Positions 9,948-20,197 are shown, counted from the stretch's first letter. The stretch: DNA of 64,000 bases from Oscillospiraceae bacterium (GCA_017620525.1 JAGAUY010000011.1:1902-65901), one strand, 5' to 3'. Numbers and translations: made by a program. The notes: a model not told the origin generated them from the letters alone.

Positions 9948-10955
9948 TTATTTATCTGCGGGAATGGTGGACTCCCGTAGTTTCAGATGATGGGGCAGAA
10001 TAATCCGCTCGGACGAAATCTGTTCGCCGGATATCTTCCGGTGGATCAGTTCCATGGCTTTGCGGCCGATCTCCTCAAAGGGCTGGGATACCGTCGTCAG
10101 ATAAGGATGGACCATTTCACCGTAAATCGTGTTGTCCACACCCATGACGGCCAGTTCCTCCGGAACCCGGATGCCCATCTCTCCGGCAACCGTTACAACA
10201 GCCATTGCCAGAATATCTCCGTAGCAGAAAAGTGCTTCCGGTCGGTCCGGCCGGTTCAGCAATTCTCTTGCTGCGCGGCAGCCCTCCCGATAATTCCGGC
10301 TCATGTTGGCATAGTCCACAAATATCTCAGCCGGCTCCAGATTCTCCCGGGCCAGTGCGTCCCGATAGCCTTTCAATCGTTCCGCTGCGGAAGAACAGGA
10401 AACGCTGGAGCCAAGATATCCAATCCGGCGGTGTCCAAGACTCATCAGATACGAAACCGCCTCAAAAGCCACCTGATAGTCGTCCACACCCACACTCAGG
10501 CAGGCGCATTCTTCCACATACTCCGTGCACAGCGCCAGCGGAAGCTTTGCGTCAATCTCAGGCAGCCAACGGTCATCCAGCATCACATTCAGGATGATCG
10601 CGCCGTCCACACGCTGGCTATCCGCCATCTTGTGCAGAACACGTTCCTGTTCCGCCCCCTCGGCATTATTCATCAGCAGCGTATATCCGTATTCCAGCGC
10701 CTTTTCGCTGATGCCTGCCAGTGTCCGGGAGTAGGACAGCTTGGTTACATCGGGGATCATCACCAAAATGGTGTTGCTCTCATTTTTGCGCAGGCTTCTG
10801 GCCTGCTGATTGGGAACGTAGCCCAATTTCTCCACTGCAGCCCTTACAGCCGCGACGGTTGCGGGGGATACCCGGGGAGAGTTGTTCATCACACGGGAGA
10901 CCGTAGCAATCGACACACCGGCTTCCTTAGCCACATCAAAAACTGTTACCAGCAT
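9948..10955 (-). CDS. LacI family transcriptional regulator
   Basis: TVFDVAKEAGVSIATVSRVMN HTH, YVPNQQARSL. Confidence 0.95.
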   Translation of the reverse strand: MLVTVFDVAKEAGVSIATVSRVMNNSPRVSPATVAAVRAAVEKLGYVPNQQARSLRKNESNTILVMIPDVTKLSYSRTLAGISEKALEYGYTLLMNNAEGAEQERVLHKMADSQRVDGAIILNVMLDDRWLPEIDAKLPLALCTEYVEECACLSVGVDDYQVAFEAVSYLMSLGHRRIGYLGSSVSCSSAAERLKGYRDALARENLEPAEIFVDYANMSRNYREGCRAARELLNRPDRPEALFCYGDILAMAVVTVAGEMGIRVPEELAVMGVDNTIYGEMVHPYLTTVSQPFEEIGRKAMELIHRKISGEQISSERIILPHHLKLRESTIPADK

Positions 10956-10982
10956 GTCATCACCTTCTCTCGGGAAGTATTT

Positions 10983-10998
10983 ATGAAAAGGTTTTCAT
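10983..10998. promoter_or_regulatory. LacI-type operator candidate
   Basis: Near-palindrome ATGAAAAGGTTTTCAT upstream of the lacI gene. Confidence 0.55.
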
Positions 10999-11109
10999 AT
11001 ATCAACATTCACAGTATATCAAAATCCAACAGGCTTTTCAATATTCATGTTCACTAAAAATTCACAATCGATTTTAGCATCCCCGACAAACTGTATGTTT
11101 CCAAACTAT

Positions 11110-11125
11110 TTGGAATCGTTTCCAA
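11110..11125. promoter_or_regulatory. LacI/cre-type operator candidate
   Basis: Near-palindrome TTGGAATCGTTTCCAA with central CG in the divergent promoter region. Confidence 0.6.
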
Positions 11126-11238
11126 TCAGCGAACGTTTGTCTTTGCCCCAAAAATCCCCTTCCCGGGTACCGCGGCTTGACATTCCGCAGGTTTCGATTT
11201 ATTATTTAGATATTCCGAATATACGCGAGGTGTCCCCC

Positions 11239-11874
11239 ATGTCCAATCTTTTCTCTCCTGATTCTCAGGAATACCGGTTTCTCGAAACCGTCGGTGAGCT
11301 GTTCTTTCTGAACCTGTTTTACCTGTTCACATGCCTGCCGGTCGTGACCATCGGCATTGCCACCACCGCCCTGTGTCAGAGCATCATCACCATGCTGGAC
11401 GGAGGAAAACCCCTGAAGGTCTATTTCTCCGTATGGAAGACGGACTGGAAGCAGTCCACCTGCGTCTGGCTCCTTCTGCTGGCCCTGCTCGCGGCAGTCC
11501 TGGCCTATATCTATTTGTTCGTCGTGGTCCCTGAATCCCCCTCCTTCTGGGTGACTCTTGTGATCGTTCTGCTGGCCGCAGCGCTGCTGGCTGTCATGGG
11601 CTGGGTATTCCCGCTCATGGCCCAGTTCAACAACACCACCGCCAACCATCTGAAGAACGCAGCTGTCATGGCCTGCGCCCACCCCATCAAGACTCTGATC
11701 ATGATCGCAACGATGCTGGTCCCCATGGCCGTGCTTTTGATCACACCCTACTGGTTCATGCGCCTGGGATTTGTCTGGTGTACGCTGGCGCTGTCCCTGA
11801 TCTGCTACAGCAATATCCGCGTGATCCGCCCCGCCCTGGCCAAGCTGATCGCCAAAGCAGAAAAAGCCGAATGA
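11239..11874 (+). CDS. YesL/DUF624 family membrane protein
   Basis: LNLFYLFTCLPVVTIGIATTAL motif, multiple TM segments, sugar ABC context; GAGGTG RBS. Confidence 0.82.
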   Translation: MSNLFSPDSQEYRFLETVGELFFLNLFYLFTCLPVVTIGIATTALCQSIITMLDGGKPLKVYFSVWKTDWKQSTCVWLLLLALLAAVLAYIYLFVVVPESPSFWVTLVIVLLAAALLAVMGWVFPLMAQFNNTTANHLKNAAVMACAHPIKTLIMIATMLVPMAVLLITPYWFMRLGFVWCTLALSLICYSNIRVIRPALAKLIAKAEKAE

Positions 11875-11888
11875 CCCGGCCGTAAAAC

Positions 11889-11921
11889 AAAAGACCACCG
11901 GTTGTACCGGTGGTCTTTTTT
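11889..11921. terminator. Bidirectional intrinsic terminator
   Basis: aaaagaccaccgg-ttgta-ccggtggtctttttt. Confidence 0.88.
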
Positions 11922-11946
11922 CCTGACATAAATCCCCGCGTCAGGG

Positions 11947-12091
11947 CCATAGACTTTGCCAACATAGGGCCGGAGCTTGCTCCCGCCTGATGTTGGATTT
12001 TGAAAGGTGAAGGATTGGGATATAGAGGATGCAGAGGTAACAATGAAAACCGCGGGAGCAAATTCCCGCCCTGCGTTGGGAAAGTCCATGG
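11947..12091. repeat. 40-bp imperfect inverted repeat pair (REP-doublet/REPIN-like)
   Basis: Arms 11947-11986 and 12052-12091 match at 33/40; each contains a GG(C/G)GGAGC(T/A)TGCTCCCGC-type internal palindrome. Confidence 0.6.
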
Positions 12092-12195
12092 TTATCCCCA
12101 CCTGGAAGCTGACGGCCGCCAATCAGGAAAGGGTCAAGCATTAGCAGCCACTAACCCCAGGGCAGAATAGCAGTTAGCCTTCGCTAACTTCCGTT

Positions 12196-12224
12196 ATAGT
12201 AATACAAAATGTCCGGTTTGTCAA
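12196..12224 (-). promoter_or_regulatory. Sigma-A-type promoter facing a gene-free interval
   Basis: TTGACA-17nt-TACTAT on the minus strand. Confidence 0.6.
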
Positions 12225-12254
12225 GCACTTTTTGCCAAGCCGGACATTTTGATT

Positions 12255-12989
12255 TCAATCCGCCGCAGCCAGAAGCTGGCGGGTATATGGGTGCTGCGGA
12301 TTGCGGAAAAGCTCTTCCACCGTATTCTGCTCCACAATTTCACCGTGCTGCATCACCAGTACCCGGTTGCAGACCTGGTATACCACATTCAAATCATGGC
12401 TGATGAACAGATAGCTCAGCTCATAGCGCTTGCGCAGGTCCACCAGCAGCTGCAGGATCTGGGCCTGAATGGTCACATCCAGTGCACTCACCGGCTCATC
12501 GGCAATAACCAGGGCAGGCCGGGAGATCACAGCGCTGGCAATGGAAACCCGCTGCCGCTGTCCGCCGGATAATTCCCGTGGCCGCCGGCCGTAATACTCC
12601 GCCCCCAGGCCAACCTGCTCCAGTATCTCCAGCACAGCCTGGCGCCGCTGGGCGGCACTGAGCTTTCCCTGGACCCGCAGCGGTTCCTCCAGGATCCAAC
12701 CGATGCAGTGAGCCGGATTCAAGCTGCTGAAGGGATCCTGGAACACCATCTGCGGACGGTCTGAATGATGGATGATCTGGCCGTCATAATCGCTGATCAG
12801 GCCCAGAATTGCCCGGGACAGGGTCGTTTTGCCGCTGCCGCTCTCGCCTACCAGGCCCACGATCTCGCCCCGATGAATATCAAAGGAAACATCCCGCAGT
12901 ACCTGGCGGCGCTGCTCCATGCCGCCGAACAGGGAGCGGCCCTCTGTATAGTAGCTGTTCAGGTTCCGCACTTCCAGTATTGGTTCCAT
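12255..12989 (-). CDS. Peptide/nickel ABC ATP-binding protein (OppF/DppF-like)
   Basis: [26 protein letters not shown]. Confidence 0.93.
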   Translation of the reverse strand: MEPILEVRNLNSYYTEGRSLFGGMEQRRQVLRDVSFDIHRGEIVGLVGESGSGKTTLSRAILGLISDYDGQIIHHSDRPQMVFQDPFSSLNPAHCIGWILEEPLRVQGKLSAAQRRQAVLEILEQVGLGAEYYGRRPRELSGGQRQRVSIASAVISRPALVIADEPVSALDVTIQAQILQLLVDLRKRYELSYLFISHDLNVVYQVCNRVLVMQHGEIVEQNTVEELFRNPQHPYTRQLLAAAD

Positions 12990-13008
12990 GGAGTTTCCCT
13001 TCTTTCTG

Positions 13009-13809
13009 TCAGACCAGCCTGCGGTCCCGGGTTGGGATCGCTGCCAGCAGTTTTTTTGTGTATTCGTGCTGAGGATCCCGGAAGATATCCTCCACCTGAC
13101 GGTCCTCAACCAGTTTTCCCCGCTGCATCACCGCCACCCGGCCGCAGAGCTTGCGCACAACATGCAGATTGTGGCTGATGAGCAGAATCGCCATGCCGTG
13201 TTCCCGGTTCAGCTTTTTCAGCAGTTCCAGAATCTCCGCCTGGATGGTCACATCCAGCGCAGTTGTCGGTTCGTCCGCCAGCAGCAGCTTGGGCTTGCTG
13301 ATAATCGCCGCGGCGATCATCACGCGCTGGAGCATACCGCCGGACAGTTCATGGGGATATTTATCGTAGATCGCCTCCGGATCCGGAAGATCCACCTGCG
13401 CCATTGCCTCCAGTGCCCGGACCTTTCGCTCCGCTTTGGAGAGCTTCGTGTGGATCCGCAGACATTCTTCCACCTGGGGACCGATACGCATGACGGGATT
13501 CATGCTGGTCATCGGCTCCTGAAAGACGATCCCGAGATCATCGCCCAAAATGCGCAGCATTTCTTTGTCCGAACAGCTGAAGATCTCCCGCCCATCCAGC
13601 GTAATGCTGCCGCTGAAATTCGCTTTCTTTCTTGGCAGCAGGCCGCTGATGCTCATGGCAGTGACGGTCTTGCCGCTGCCGCTCTCTCCCACCAGTCCGA
13701 CGATCTCCCCCGCACCAATGCTGAAGTTTAATCCATCCACGGCAAAGCGGTCCGGGGCGGCATCCTTGAAGTGAACCCGCAGGTCCTGTACTTTTAAGAT
13801 ATCTGCCAT
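13009..13809 (-). CDS. Peptide/nickel ABC ATP-binding protein (OppD/DppD-like)
   Basis: [29 protein letters not shown]. Confidence 0.93.
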   Translation of the reverse strand: MADILKVQDLRVHFKDAAPDRFAVDGLNFSIGAGEIVGLVGESGSGKTVTAMSISGLLPRKKANFSGSITLDGREIFSCSDKEMLRILGDDLGIVFQEPMTSMNPVMRIGPQVEECLRIHTKLSKAERKVRALEAMAQVDLPDPEAIYDKYPHELSGGMLQRVMIAAAIISKPKLLLADEPTTALDVTIQAEILELLKKLNREHGMAILLISHNLHVVRKLCGRVAVMQRGKLVEDRQVEDIFRDPQHEYTKKLLAAIPTRDRRLV

Positions 13810-13821
13810 AACGCACCTCCG

Positions 13822-14625
13822 TCAGACCGTCTTGCTGGTTCGCTGCAGGCCTTCCGCCAACAGGCTGAAGCCCAGGATCAGCAGGATGATCGCGCCGCCG
13901 GTGCCAAGGGCATACCAGGGTGCGCTCTTCAGATAGGTCTGGCTGTCGCTGAGCATGGAGCCGAGGCTGGCATGGGGCGGCTGAATACCCAGACCCAGAA
14001 AGCTCATGCTGGCTTCGCTGAGAATGGCATTGTTGAAACCGATGGTAATGGCACTGAGCAGCACGGGCCAGGTATTGGGCAGAATATGGGTAAACATGAT
14101 CCTCCCGCTGCCCACGCCCATGAGCCGGGCGCTCTTGATATAGTTCAGATCACGGCACCGGGCAAATTCTCCCCGGACGATTCTGGCAAAGCTGGGAATA
14201 AACAGAATTCCCAGCGCGATAACGATGTTGTAAGTTCCCTGCCCCATGACGGTGATGATGACCAGCGCCAGCAAAATTGACGGGAACGCGGTGATGGAAT
14301 CACAGATCCGGGTCAGGATCAGGTCCGCCGCACCGCCGTAATAACCACAGAAGCTGCCGATCAGGATGCCAAACACGCATCCGATCAGCACCACGCACAC
14401 CGCAATGAGGAAGGAAGTGCCGGCACCCTGCAGCACACGGCTGAAGATATCCCGGCCGAAATTGTCCGTACCCAGCAGATGCTCCAGAGACGGCGGCAGG
14501 AACTTTCCGGATTCCATGGCGGTGGGGTCATAGGGTGTCCAGAAGTATCCCATGATGATCAGCGCCGTCACAGCTGCACTGATGGTACCGCCGATGCTCA
14601 GGAAGGGATTTGCTTTTTGTTTCAT
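13822..14625 (-). CDS. Peptide ABC permease (OppC/DppC-like)
   Basis: HLLGTDNFGRDIFSR, SFLGLGIQPP; start could be 14631. Confidence 0.92.
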   Translation of the reverse strand: MKQKANPFLSIGGTISAAVTALIIMGYFWTPYDPTAMESGKFLPPSLEHLLGTDNFGRDIFSRVLQGAGTSFLIAVCVVLIGCVFGILIGSFCGYYGGAADLILTRICDSITAFPSILLALVIITVMGQGTYNIVIALGILFIPSFARIVRGEFARCRDLNYIKSARLMGVGSGRIMFTHILPNTWPVLLSAITIGFNNAILSEASMSFLGLGIQPPHASLGSMLSDSQTYLKSAPWYALGTGGAIILLILGFSLLAEGLQRTSKTV

Positions 14626-14638
14626 AGTCATCCCCCTC

Positions 14639-15580
14639 CTACCGCAGCCGGATCCGGGGATCCGCAATTCTGTACAGCAGATCCGCCAGGAAATTGATGA
14701 TCACGATCCAGGCAGCCAGGATCACCACGATGGCCTGCACCACCGGGAAATCACGGCCGGAGATGGCTGCCAGCAGCAGCCGGCTGACACCAGGAATCGC
14801 AAAGACCTGCTCGATGATGATAGAGCCGGTCATAATCTCGGCGGCAGACACCGCCAGGAAGGTAATGACCGGAATGAGGGCATTTTTCAGCACATGGCGG
14901 GAAAGGATCACCCCCCGGGCCGCGCCGCGGCTGCGGGCAGTGCGGACATAGTCCCGCTCCAGCTCAGCGATGATGGAGCTGCGCATCATCCGGACCGTCA
15001 TGGCAATCCGGGGAATGGCGATGGAAAATGCCGGCAGGATCAGATAGCTGATGCATCCGCTGAGGCTTTCCTTGTAGGAAATGAAACCGCCTGTTGAAAA
15101 CACATTCAGAACCGTGCCGAACAGCCAGGTAGCCAGAATGCCGATAAAGAAAGGGGGCACGCTCATGACCATCTGGTCCAGCGCGGAAATGGCCAAATCC
15201 GCCGCCTTGCTCTTCGCGCTGCCTGCCCAGATTCCCAGAGGGATGGAAATCACCACAGTCAGGACAAAGGACATGGCAGACAGCAAAAAGGTAACAGGCA
15301 GCTTGTCGGCCAGCATTTCGCTGACCGGCATCTGATAGCTGTAACTGGTACCCATATCTCCTTTAACGAAGGAGATCAGCCAGTTAAAATACCGGGCGAT
15401 TACCGGTCCGTCCAGACCCAGCTGGGCCCGCAGAGCGGCTTTTGCCTCTTCGGTTGCCTCGGTGCCCAGCATCTTTGTGGTGGGATCACCAGGGATCACC
15501 TGAAAAGCCAGGAAGGCGAGGAGCGAAACGATGAACAATGTAATAATGAGAGTGAGAGATTTCTTTATGGCGTATTTCAT
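14639..15580 (-). CDS. Peptide ABC permease (OppB/DppB-like)
   Basis: PGDP, DYVRTARSRG, RDFPVVQ. Confidence 0.93.
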   Translation of the reverse strand: MKYAIKKSLTLIITLFIVSLLAFLAFQVIPGDPTTKMLGTEATEEAKAALRAQLGLDGPVIARYFNWLISFVKGDMGTSYSYQMPVSEMLADKLPVTFLLSAMSFVLTVVISIPLGIWAGSAKSKAADLAISALDQMVMSVPPFFIGILATWLFGTVLNVFSTGGFISYKESLSGCISYLILPAFSIAIPRIAMTVRMMRSSIIAELERDYVRTARSRGAARGVILSRHVLKNALIPVITFLAVSAAEIMTGSIIIEQVFAIPGVSRLLLAAISGRDFPVVQAIVVILAAWIVIINFLADLLYRIADPRIRLR

Positions 15581-15605
15581 CTCCTCACCTCCTTTCTCAG
15601 GTCAT

Positions 15606-17153
15606 TTACTCAAAATAAAGCGTGGACATATCGATGACATACAGGGGATAGAACCGGAAGCCCTTCAGCTGGGGATGCACCGCCACGAAATCAGCCAGGT
15701 CCTGCAGATACACATTGGCTGCACGTTCGCTGAGGATCTCAAGACAACGCTTGAACAGCTGCGTCTGCTGCGCATCGTCCACCGTTGCCAGCGCCTGGGT
15801 ATAAACCGCATCGTATTCCGCGTCGGAGAACCCGATCATGTTCTTGCTGCTGTCGCTGACCCACCGGGCCAGCAGCGCCGTGGGACTGAGGATACTGGCA
15901 TCAAAGCCGACCACCGTACCTTCAAAGTTCCGGTTTCCGTAGACATCCTCCAGCCAGGTGTTCCAGTCAATCTGCTGGATCTGGGCATTGATGCCCACCT
16001 GCTTCAGCTGTTCTGCCAGCACCACGGTGGTATCAACGTGGGGCTGATAGTTGCTGGGAACCTTGATGGTAAAGCTGAAGCCGTCGGGATAGCCTGCTTC
16101 CGCCAGCAGCTGCATCGCCTTATCCGGGTCGTAGGGGTAGGCATCAGCCACAGACGCGTCAAAATACTTGCCGAAGGCGGGGTACATGGAAGAACCCACC
16201 TTTGTACCGTGGCCGTCCGCAGTCAGATTCAGCATACCGTCCACATCCACCGCATAGCACAGGGCCTGACGGACCAGCTCGTTGTCAAAAGGCGCCACAG
16301 CATTGTTCAGGTAGATGGCCTGGACCAGATTCATGGTGCCTTCCAGAACAGTATACCCATTGGACAGGTTGTTTACCTGATCCATGGTCAGATGCGCCAC
16401 CAGATCCAGACTGCCGCTGTCCAGCGCATTGAACAGAGCGGTGCTGTCCTCATAGATCTTGTAGGTCACCCGGTCCAGCTTTGCACCTTCGCCATAGTAG
16501 GCATCGTGCCGCTCCAGGATCAGATTCTCCTGAATGCTGCGGGAAACATACTTGAACGGACCGGTACCCACAGGCGCGGTTCCGTGGTCGGTATAGCCCT
16601 TCGGCAGGATATACACGCTGGACACCGCACTGAGAAAATCGCTGTTGGGCTCAGACAGTGTGACGGTAATCACATTGCCGTCAACCGTTGTCTCCACAAT
16701 AGCGGAAAGCGCCGCTACCACGTTGGAATAAACGGAAGTAGCAGCGCAGGTTTCGAAAGAATAAAGCACATCGTCCGTGGTGCAGACAGCTCCATTGTGG
16801 AACACCACACCATCACGAAGGGTAAAGGAATAGGTCAGACCGTCGCCGGAGATCTCCACCTTGGAAGCAACCGCCTCCACGAAATCGCCATTAGAATCGG
16901 GCTTGACCAAACCCTCAAAGACGTTGAACATGACCTCTCTAGTTCCTGCTGCGTTTGATACATACGGGTCAAGACTATTATCCAGGTCCTGGGAGATACC
17001 CACGGTGATCTCATTGGCGTGGTAACCCCCGGAAGAATCTGTAGTTTCGTCGCTGGAAACGCCAGCCTGATTCGTGGTTCCTCCGCACGCGCAGAGTGAA
17101 CCCGCCAGCGCTGCCGCCGCCAGGAAAACTGCAAGGATACGTTTTTTCATCAT
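15606..17153 (-). CDS. Peptide ABC substrate-binding lipoprotein (SBP family 5)
   Basis: Lipobox LCAC, YSFTLRDGVVFHNG, PVGTGPF. Confidence 0.93.
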   Translation of the reverse strand: MMKKRILAVFLAAAALAGSLCACGGTTNQAGVSSDETTDSSGGYHANEITVGISQDLDNSLDPYVSNAAGTREVMFNVFEGLVKPDSNGDFVEAVASKVEISGDGLTYSFTLRDGVVFHNGAVCTTDDVLYSFETCAATSVYSNVVAALSAIVETTVDGNVITVTLSEPNSDFLSAVSSVYILPKGYTDHGTAPVGTGPFKYVSRSIQENLILERHDAYYGEGAKLDRVTYKIYEDSTALFNALDSGSLDLVAHLTMDQVNNLSNGYTVLEGTMNLVQAIYLNNAVAPFDNELVRQALCYAVDVDGMLNLTADGHGTKVGSSMYPAFGKYFDASVADAYPYDPDKAMQLLAEAGYPDGFSFTIKVPSNYQPHVDTTVVLAEQLKQVGINAQIQQIDWNTWLEDVYGNRNFEGTVVGFDASILSPTALLARWVSDSSKNMIGFSDAEYDAVYTQALATVDDAQQTQLFKRCLEILSERAANVYLQDLADFVAVHPQLKGFRFYPLYVIDMSTLYFE

Positions 17154-17336
17154 TGCTATTCTCCTTCCGCCGCTGTCAAAGCGGCGTTACAACAAAATAA
17201 CTTCTTCTCCCATTATTAAATTGTCGATATTATTGTAGTACACCCCCGGCGAAAAAACAAGACCGAACCGTCCGAATCGGAAGGTTTTTTGCCTTCTGCG
17301 GACACTCCGGCCATCTGAATTTCGTCCTCATAATTG

Positions 17337-17378
17337 AAAATGCAGTTTACCGGAACAGTCCGGTAAACTGCATTTTTT
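17337..17378. terminator. Intrinsic terminator
   Basis: aaaatgcagtttaccgga-acag-tccggtaaactgcatttt. Confidence 0.85.
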
Positions 17379-17380
17379 CT

Positions 17381-18979
17381 TTATCCGAGGAACTCCAGCA
17401 GCTGCTTGGCGTTCTTCTTGCCGAAACTAACCATTTCTCCGTCGTTGACCACCAGGCACGGAACGCTCATGACCTTGTATCGCTCCCGCAGTTCCGGAAA
17501 GTGGGTCACATCGTAGACCTCCGCGGTGATGTTCTCATTTTCCGCAGCCATCCGCTGGGCTGCCATCACCAGTTCCGGACACATGGAGCAGCTGAGGGTC
17601 ACCAGGATCTTCATATCCAGTTTCCGGTGGATTCCGGCGATTCCGCTCCGCACATCCTCATCCAGAGGCTGACCGGGTCCGGCGGCATTGTAAAGGCCCA
17701 GGACAAAGGAGGTAAACTCATGGCCGCCGGGCACACCGTGGAAGGCCATTCCCGTCCAGCTGCCGTCCGCACGGTGGATCTTCACACAGGGCGCATCGCT
17801 GCCGTTGCCGGCTTCCACGCTCAGCTTATCCGTCAGCGCCGCCAGCGCTTCCACATATTCCTTCAGTTCTGCAGACAGCGGTTTATCGTCCAGGTGCAGC
17901 TTCAGGATCAGGGGATTTGCCATCCGGGAGAATACCCCATTGAGCTGGGCCACGGTATTGGCGTCGAAGAAATCGCTGTTCTGGGCCGCCGGCGCCTCCT
18001 GTTTCGGCTCTGCTTTGGGCATCCTGGGATGCAGACCGGTCTTACGGTGCATTGCCGCCGCATACTTTTCCAGCTCCGTAGCAGCCAGCGCGCCGTCGCC
18101 CACCGCAGTGACCACTTGACGCAGGGCCTTGACGCACACATCACCTGCCGCATACAATCCCTCCACAGAGGTCTTCATGCTCCGGTCGGTGACAATGTAA
18201 CCGTGTTCATTCAGTTCCGCAATGCCCTTCACCAGTCCCGTCGCGGGCGCATAACCGGCAAAGACGAACACACCGATGTTATCGCCCTGCGGATCCCGGT
18301 ATTCGTTCACTTCCCCGGTGCGGTTGTTGCGGTAGCGGATGGCCCGGAGAGAATCATCTCCGAATACTTCCTCCACCTCCGTATTGGGCAGAACCGTGAT
18401 CTTGGGATGGTTCCAGGCTGCATCCGCCACGCTCTGGGCGCAGGAGAAATTATCCTTGCGGATGAGGATGTTCACATGCCGGGCATACTTGGTCAGAAAC
18501 ACCGCTTCCTCCGCCGCGGCGAAGCCGCCGCCCACCACAAACACCTCTTTTCCGGTGAAGAATTCACCGTCGCAGGTGGCGCAGTAGGCCACACCCCGGC
18601 CGCGGAAATCCGCCTCGCCCCTGAATCCCACCATCCTGGGATGGGCGCCGGTGGCAAGCAGAACACCAAAAGCCTTCAGCTCCCCGCGGGAGGTCTTCAC
18701 GGTTTTGATATCCCCGGACAGTTCCAGCGCTTCCACTTCCGCCAGCATAAACTCCGCGCCGAAGGATTCCGCCTGAGCACGCATGGTCTCGGTCAGTTCT
18801 GCGCCGCTGGTGCGGGCTACACCGGGATAGTTGACTACTTCATGAGTAATGGTAATCTGACCGCCGAATTTCTCCTTTTCCAGCACCACAGTGCGGTATT
18901 TGGCTCTGGCCAGATATAATGCGGCCGTCAGGCCCGCGGGGCCTCCGCCGATGATAATCACGTCATATAAATTCTGCAT
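17381..18979 (-). CDS. AhpF-like thioredoxin reductase with C-terminal thioredoxin-fold domains
   Basis: GGGPAG, YCATCDG, GGGFAAAEE, C-terminal CSMCP; lies downstream of ahpC. Confidence 0.88.
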   Translation of the reverse strand: MQNLYDVIIIGGGPAGLTAALYLARAKYRTVVLEKEKFGGQITITHEVVNYPGVARTSGAELTETMRAQAESFGAEFMLAEVEALELSGDIKTVKTSRGELKAFGVLLATGAHPRMVGFRGEADFRGRGVAYCATCDGEFFTGKEVFVVGGGFAAAEEAVFLTKYARHVNILIRKDNFSCAQSVADAAWNHPKITVLPNTEVEEVFGDDSLRAIRYRNNRTGEVNEYRDPQGDNIGVFVFAGYAPATGLVKGIAELNEHGYIVTDRSMKTSVEGLYAAGDVCVKALRQVVTAVGDGALAATELEKYAAAMHRKTGLHPRMPKAEPKQEAPAAQNSDFFDANTVAQLNGVFSRMANPLILKLHLDDKPLSAELKEYVEALAALTDKLSVEAGNGSDAPCVKIHRADGSWTGMAFHGVPGGHEFTSFVLGLYNAAGPGQPLDEDVRSGIAGIHRKLDMKILVTLSCSMCPELVMAAQRMAAENENITAEVYDVTHFPELRERYKVMSVPCLVVNDGEMVSFGKKNAKQLLEFLG

Positions 18980-19050
18980 AGCAGGTTCTCCTTTCCTGTG
19001 TATTGCCTGATGGCCGGCACCGGTTTCTGCGGCGCCGGCCATCGTTATTC

Positions 19051-19614
19051 TTACAGCATTCCCACCAGATCCAGGCTGGGCTTCAGGGTCTCAGCGCCGG
19101 GCTGCCACTTGGCGGGGCAGACCTCATCGCCATGTTCATGAACGAACTGGCAGGCCTGAAGCTTGCGCAGCAGCTCATCCGCGTTGCGGCCCACATTGCC
19201 GGCGCTGACTTCGTAAGACACAATCTTTCCCTCAGGATTGATGATGAAAGTACCCCGCTCCGCCATGCCGTCGGATTCGATCAGCACATCGAAATCCCTG
19301 GAAATGGCATGAGTGGGATCCGCCAGCATGGGATAGCGGATCTTCTTGATCCGGTCGGAGGCATCATGCCAGGCCTTGTGGACAAAGTGGGTGTCGGTGG
19401 ATACGGAGTAGATCTCGCAGCCGGCAGAAACAAACTTGTCGTAAATATCGGCCAGGTCCTCCAGTTCGGTGGGGCAGACGAAGGTGAAGTCGGCGGGATA
19501 GAAGAAGAACACGCTCCACTTGCCCAGGATATCCTCCTTGGTGATGGTTCTGAAGCTGTTGTCGATATAAGCCTGAGCGGCAAAAGCATTGATTTCCTTG
19601 TTGATCATAGACAT
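19051..19614 (-). CDS. ahpC: Alkyl hydroperoxide reductase C (2-Cys peroxiredoxin)
   Basis: FYPADFTFVCPTE and EVCPAKW. Confidence 0.96.
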   Translation of the reverse strand: MSMINKEINAFAAQAYIDNSFRTITKEDILGKWSVFFFYPADFTFVCPTELEDLADIYDKFVSAGCEIYSVSTDTHFVHKAWHDASDRIKKIRYPMLADPTHAISRDFDVLIESDGMAERGTFIINPEGKIVSYEVSAGNVGRNADELLRKLQACQFVHEHGDEVCPAKWQPGAETLKPSLDLVGML

Positions 19615-19672
19615 AATCATTTCTCCTTTTTTAGTTTTCATGATAGTATGGATTGATTTTGATATAATTATT

Positions 19673-19690
19673 AGTTAGCATATGCTAACT
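19673..19690. promoter_or_regulatory. Perfect 18-bp palindrome upstream of ahpC (operator candidate)
   Basis: AGTTAGCATATGCTAACT. Confidence 0.55.
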
Positions 19691-19723
19691 TTTGATTTTT
19701 AAGAATCCGGCTGTACCGGCCGG

Positions 19724-20116
19724 TTAACCGGTACAGTCGGGACAAATGCCTGTAATGGTAAGATCCAGTTTGGTGATCCGGCAGCCTTCTTCCAGCAGCA
19801 CCGCCGAGCGGATGGCCTCTGTGCTGACGTTCTTCACGTCCCTCAGCCGCCCGCAGCAGCCGCACAGGAAATGGACATGATCGCCGCAGATGGCATCGTA
19901 ACGCTCGCTGCCCTGATAAGAGATCACCCGCCGAACCTTCCCCAGTTCCTCCAGAAGCTTCAGATTCCGATAGACGGTACCCAGGCTCAGGTTGGGGATC
20001 TCCGGCCGAAGGTCATTATAAACCATCTCGGCGGAAGGATGTTCCACGCTCTGACACAGGTATTCATAGATCTGATCCCGCTGATGGGACCGGCGCAGCT
20101 TTTTCTCCACCGGCAT
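19724..20116 (-). CDS. Fur/PerR family regulator
   Basis: HPSAE, SLGTVYRNL, HVHFLCGCCG, CPDC; adjacent to ahpC. Confidence 0.9.
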   Translation of the reverse strand: MPVEKKLRRSHQRDQIYEYLCQSVEHPSAEMVYNDLRPEIPNLSLGTVYRNLKLLEELGKVRRVISYQGSERYDAICGDHVHFLCGCCGRLRDVKNVSTEAIRSAVLLEEGCRITKLDLTITGICPDCTG

Positions 20117-20175
20117 CCCCTCCTCCTTTGCCTTTTCTTTGTGGCATCAGTATAACACATCCGTCTTCTCTTGTC

Positions 20176-20197
20176 AATAATAATTATCATTATTATT
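20176..20197. promoter_or_regulatory. Fur/Per box-like site
   Basis: AATAATAATTATCATTATTATT near-palindrome upstream of the fur-family gene. Confidence 0.55.

Noticed and set aside
11805-12141. Small minus-strand ORFs (105 and 66 aa) as type I toxins or peptides
   Set aside because: No hydrophobic toxin character; they run through inverted repeats, and one crosses the terminator into the opposing gene
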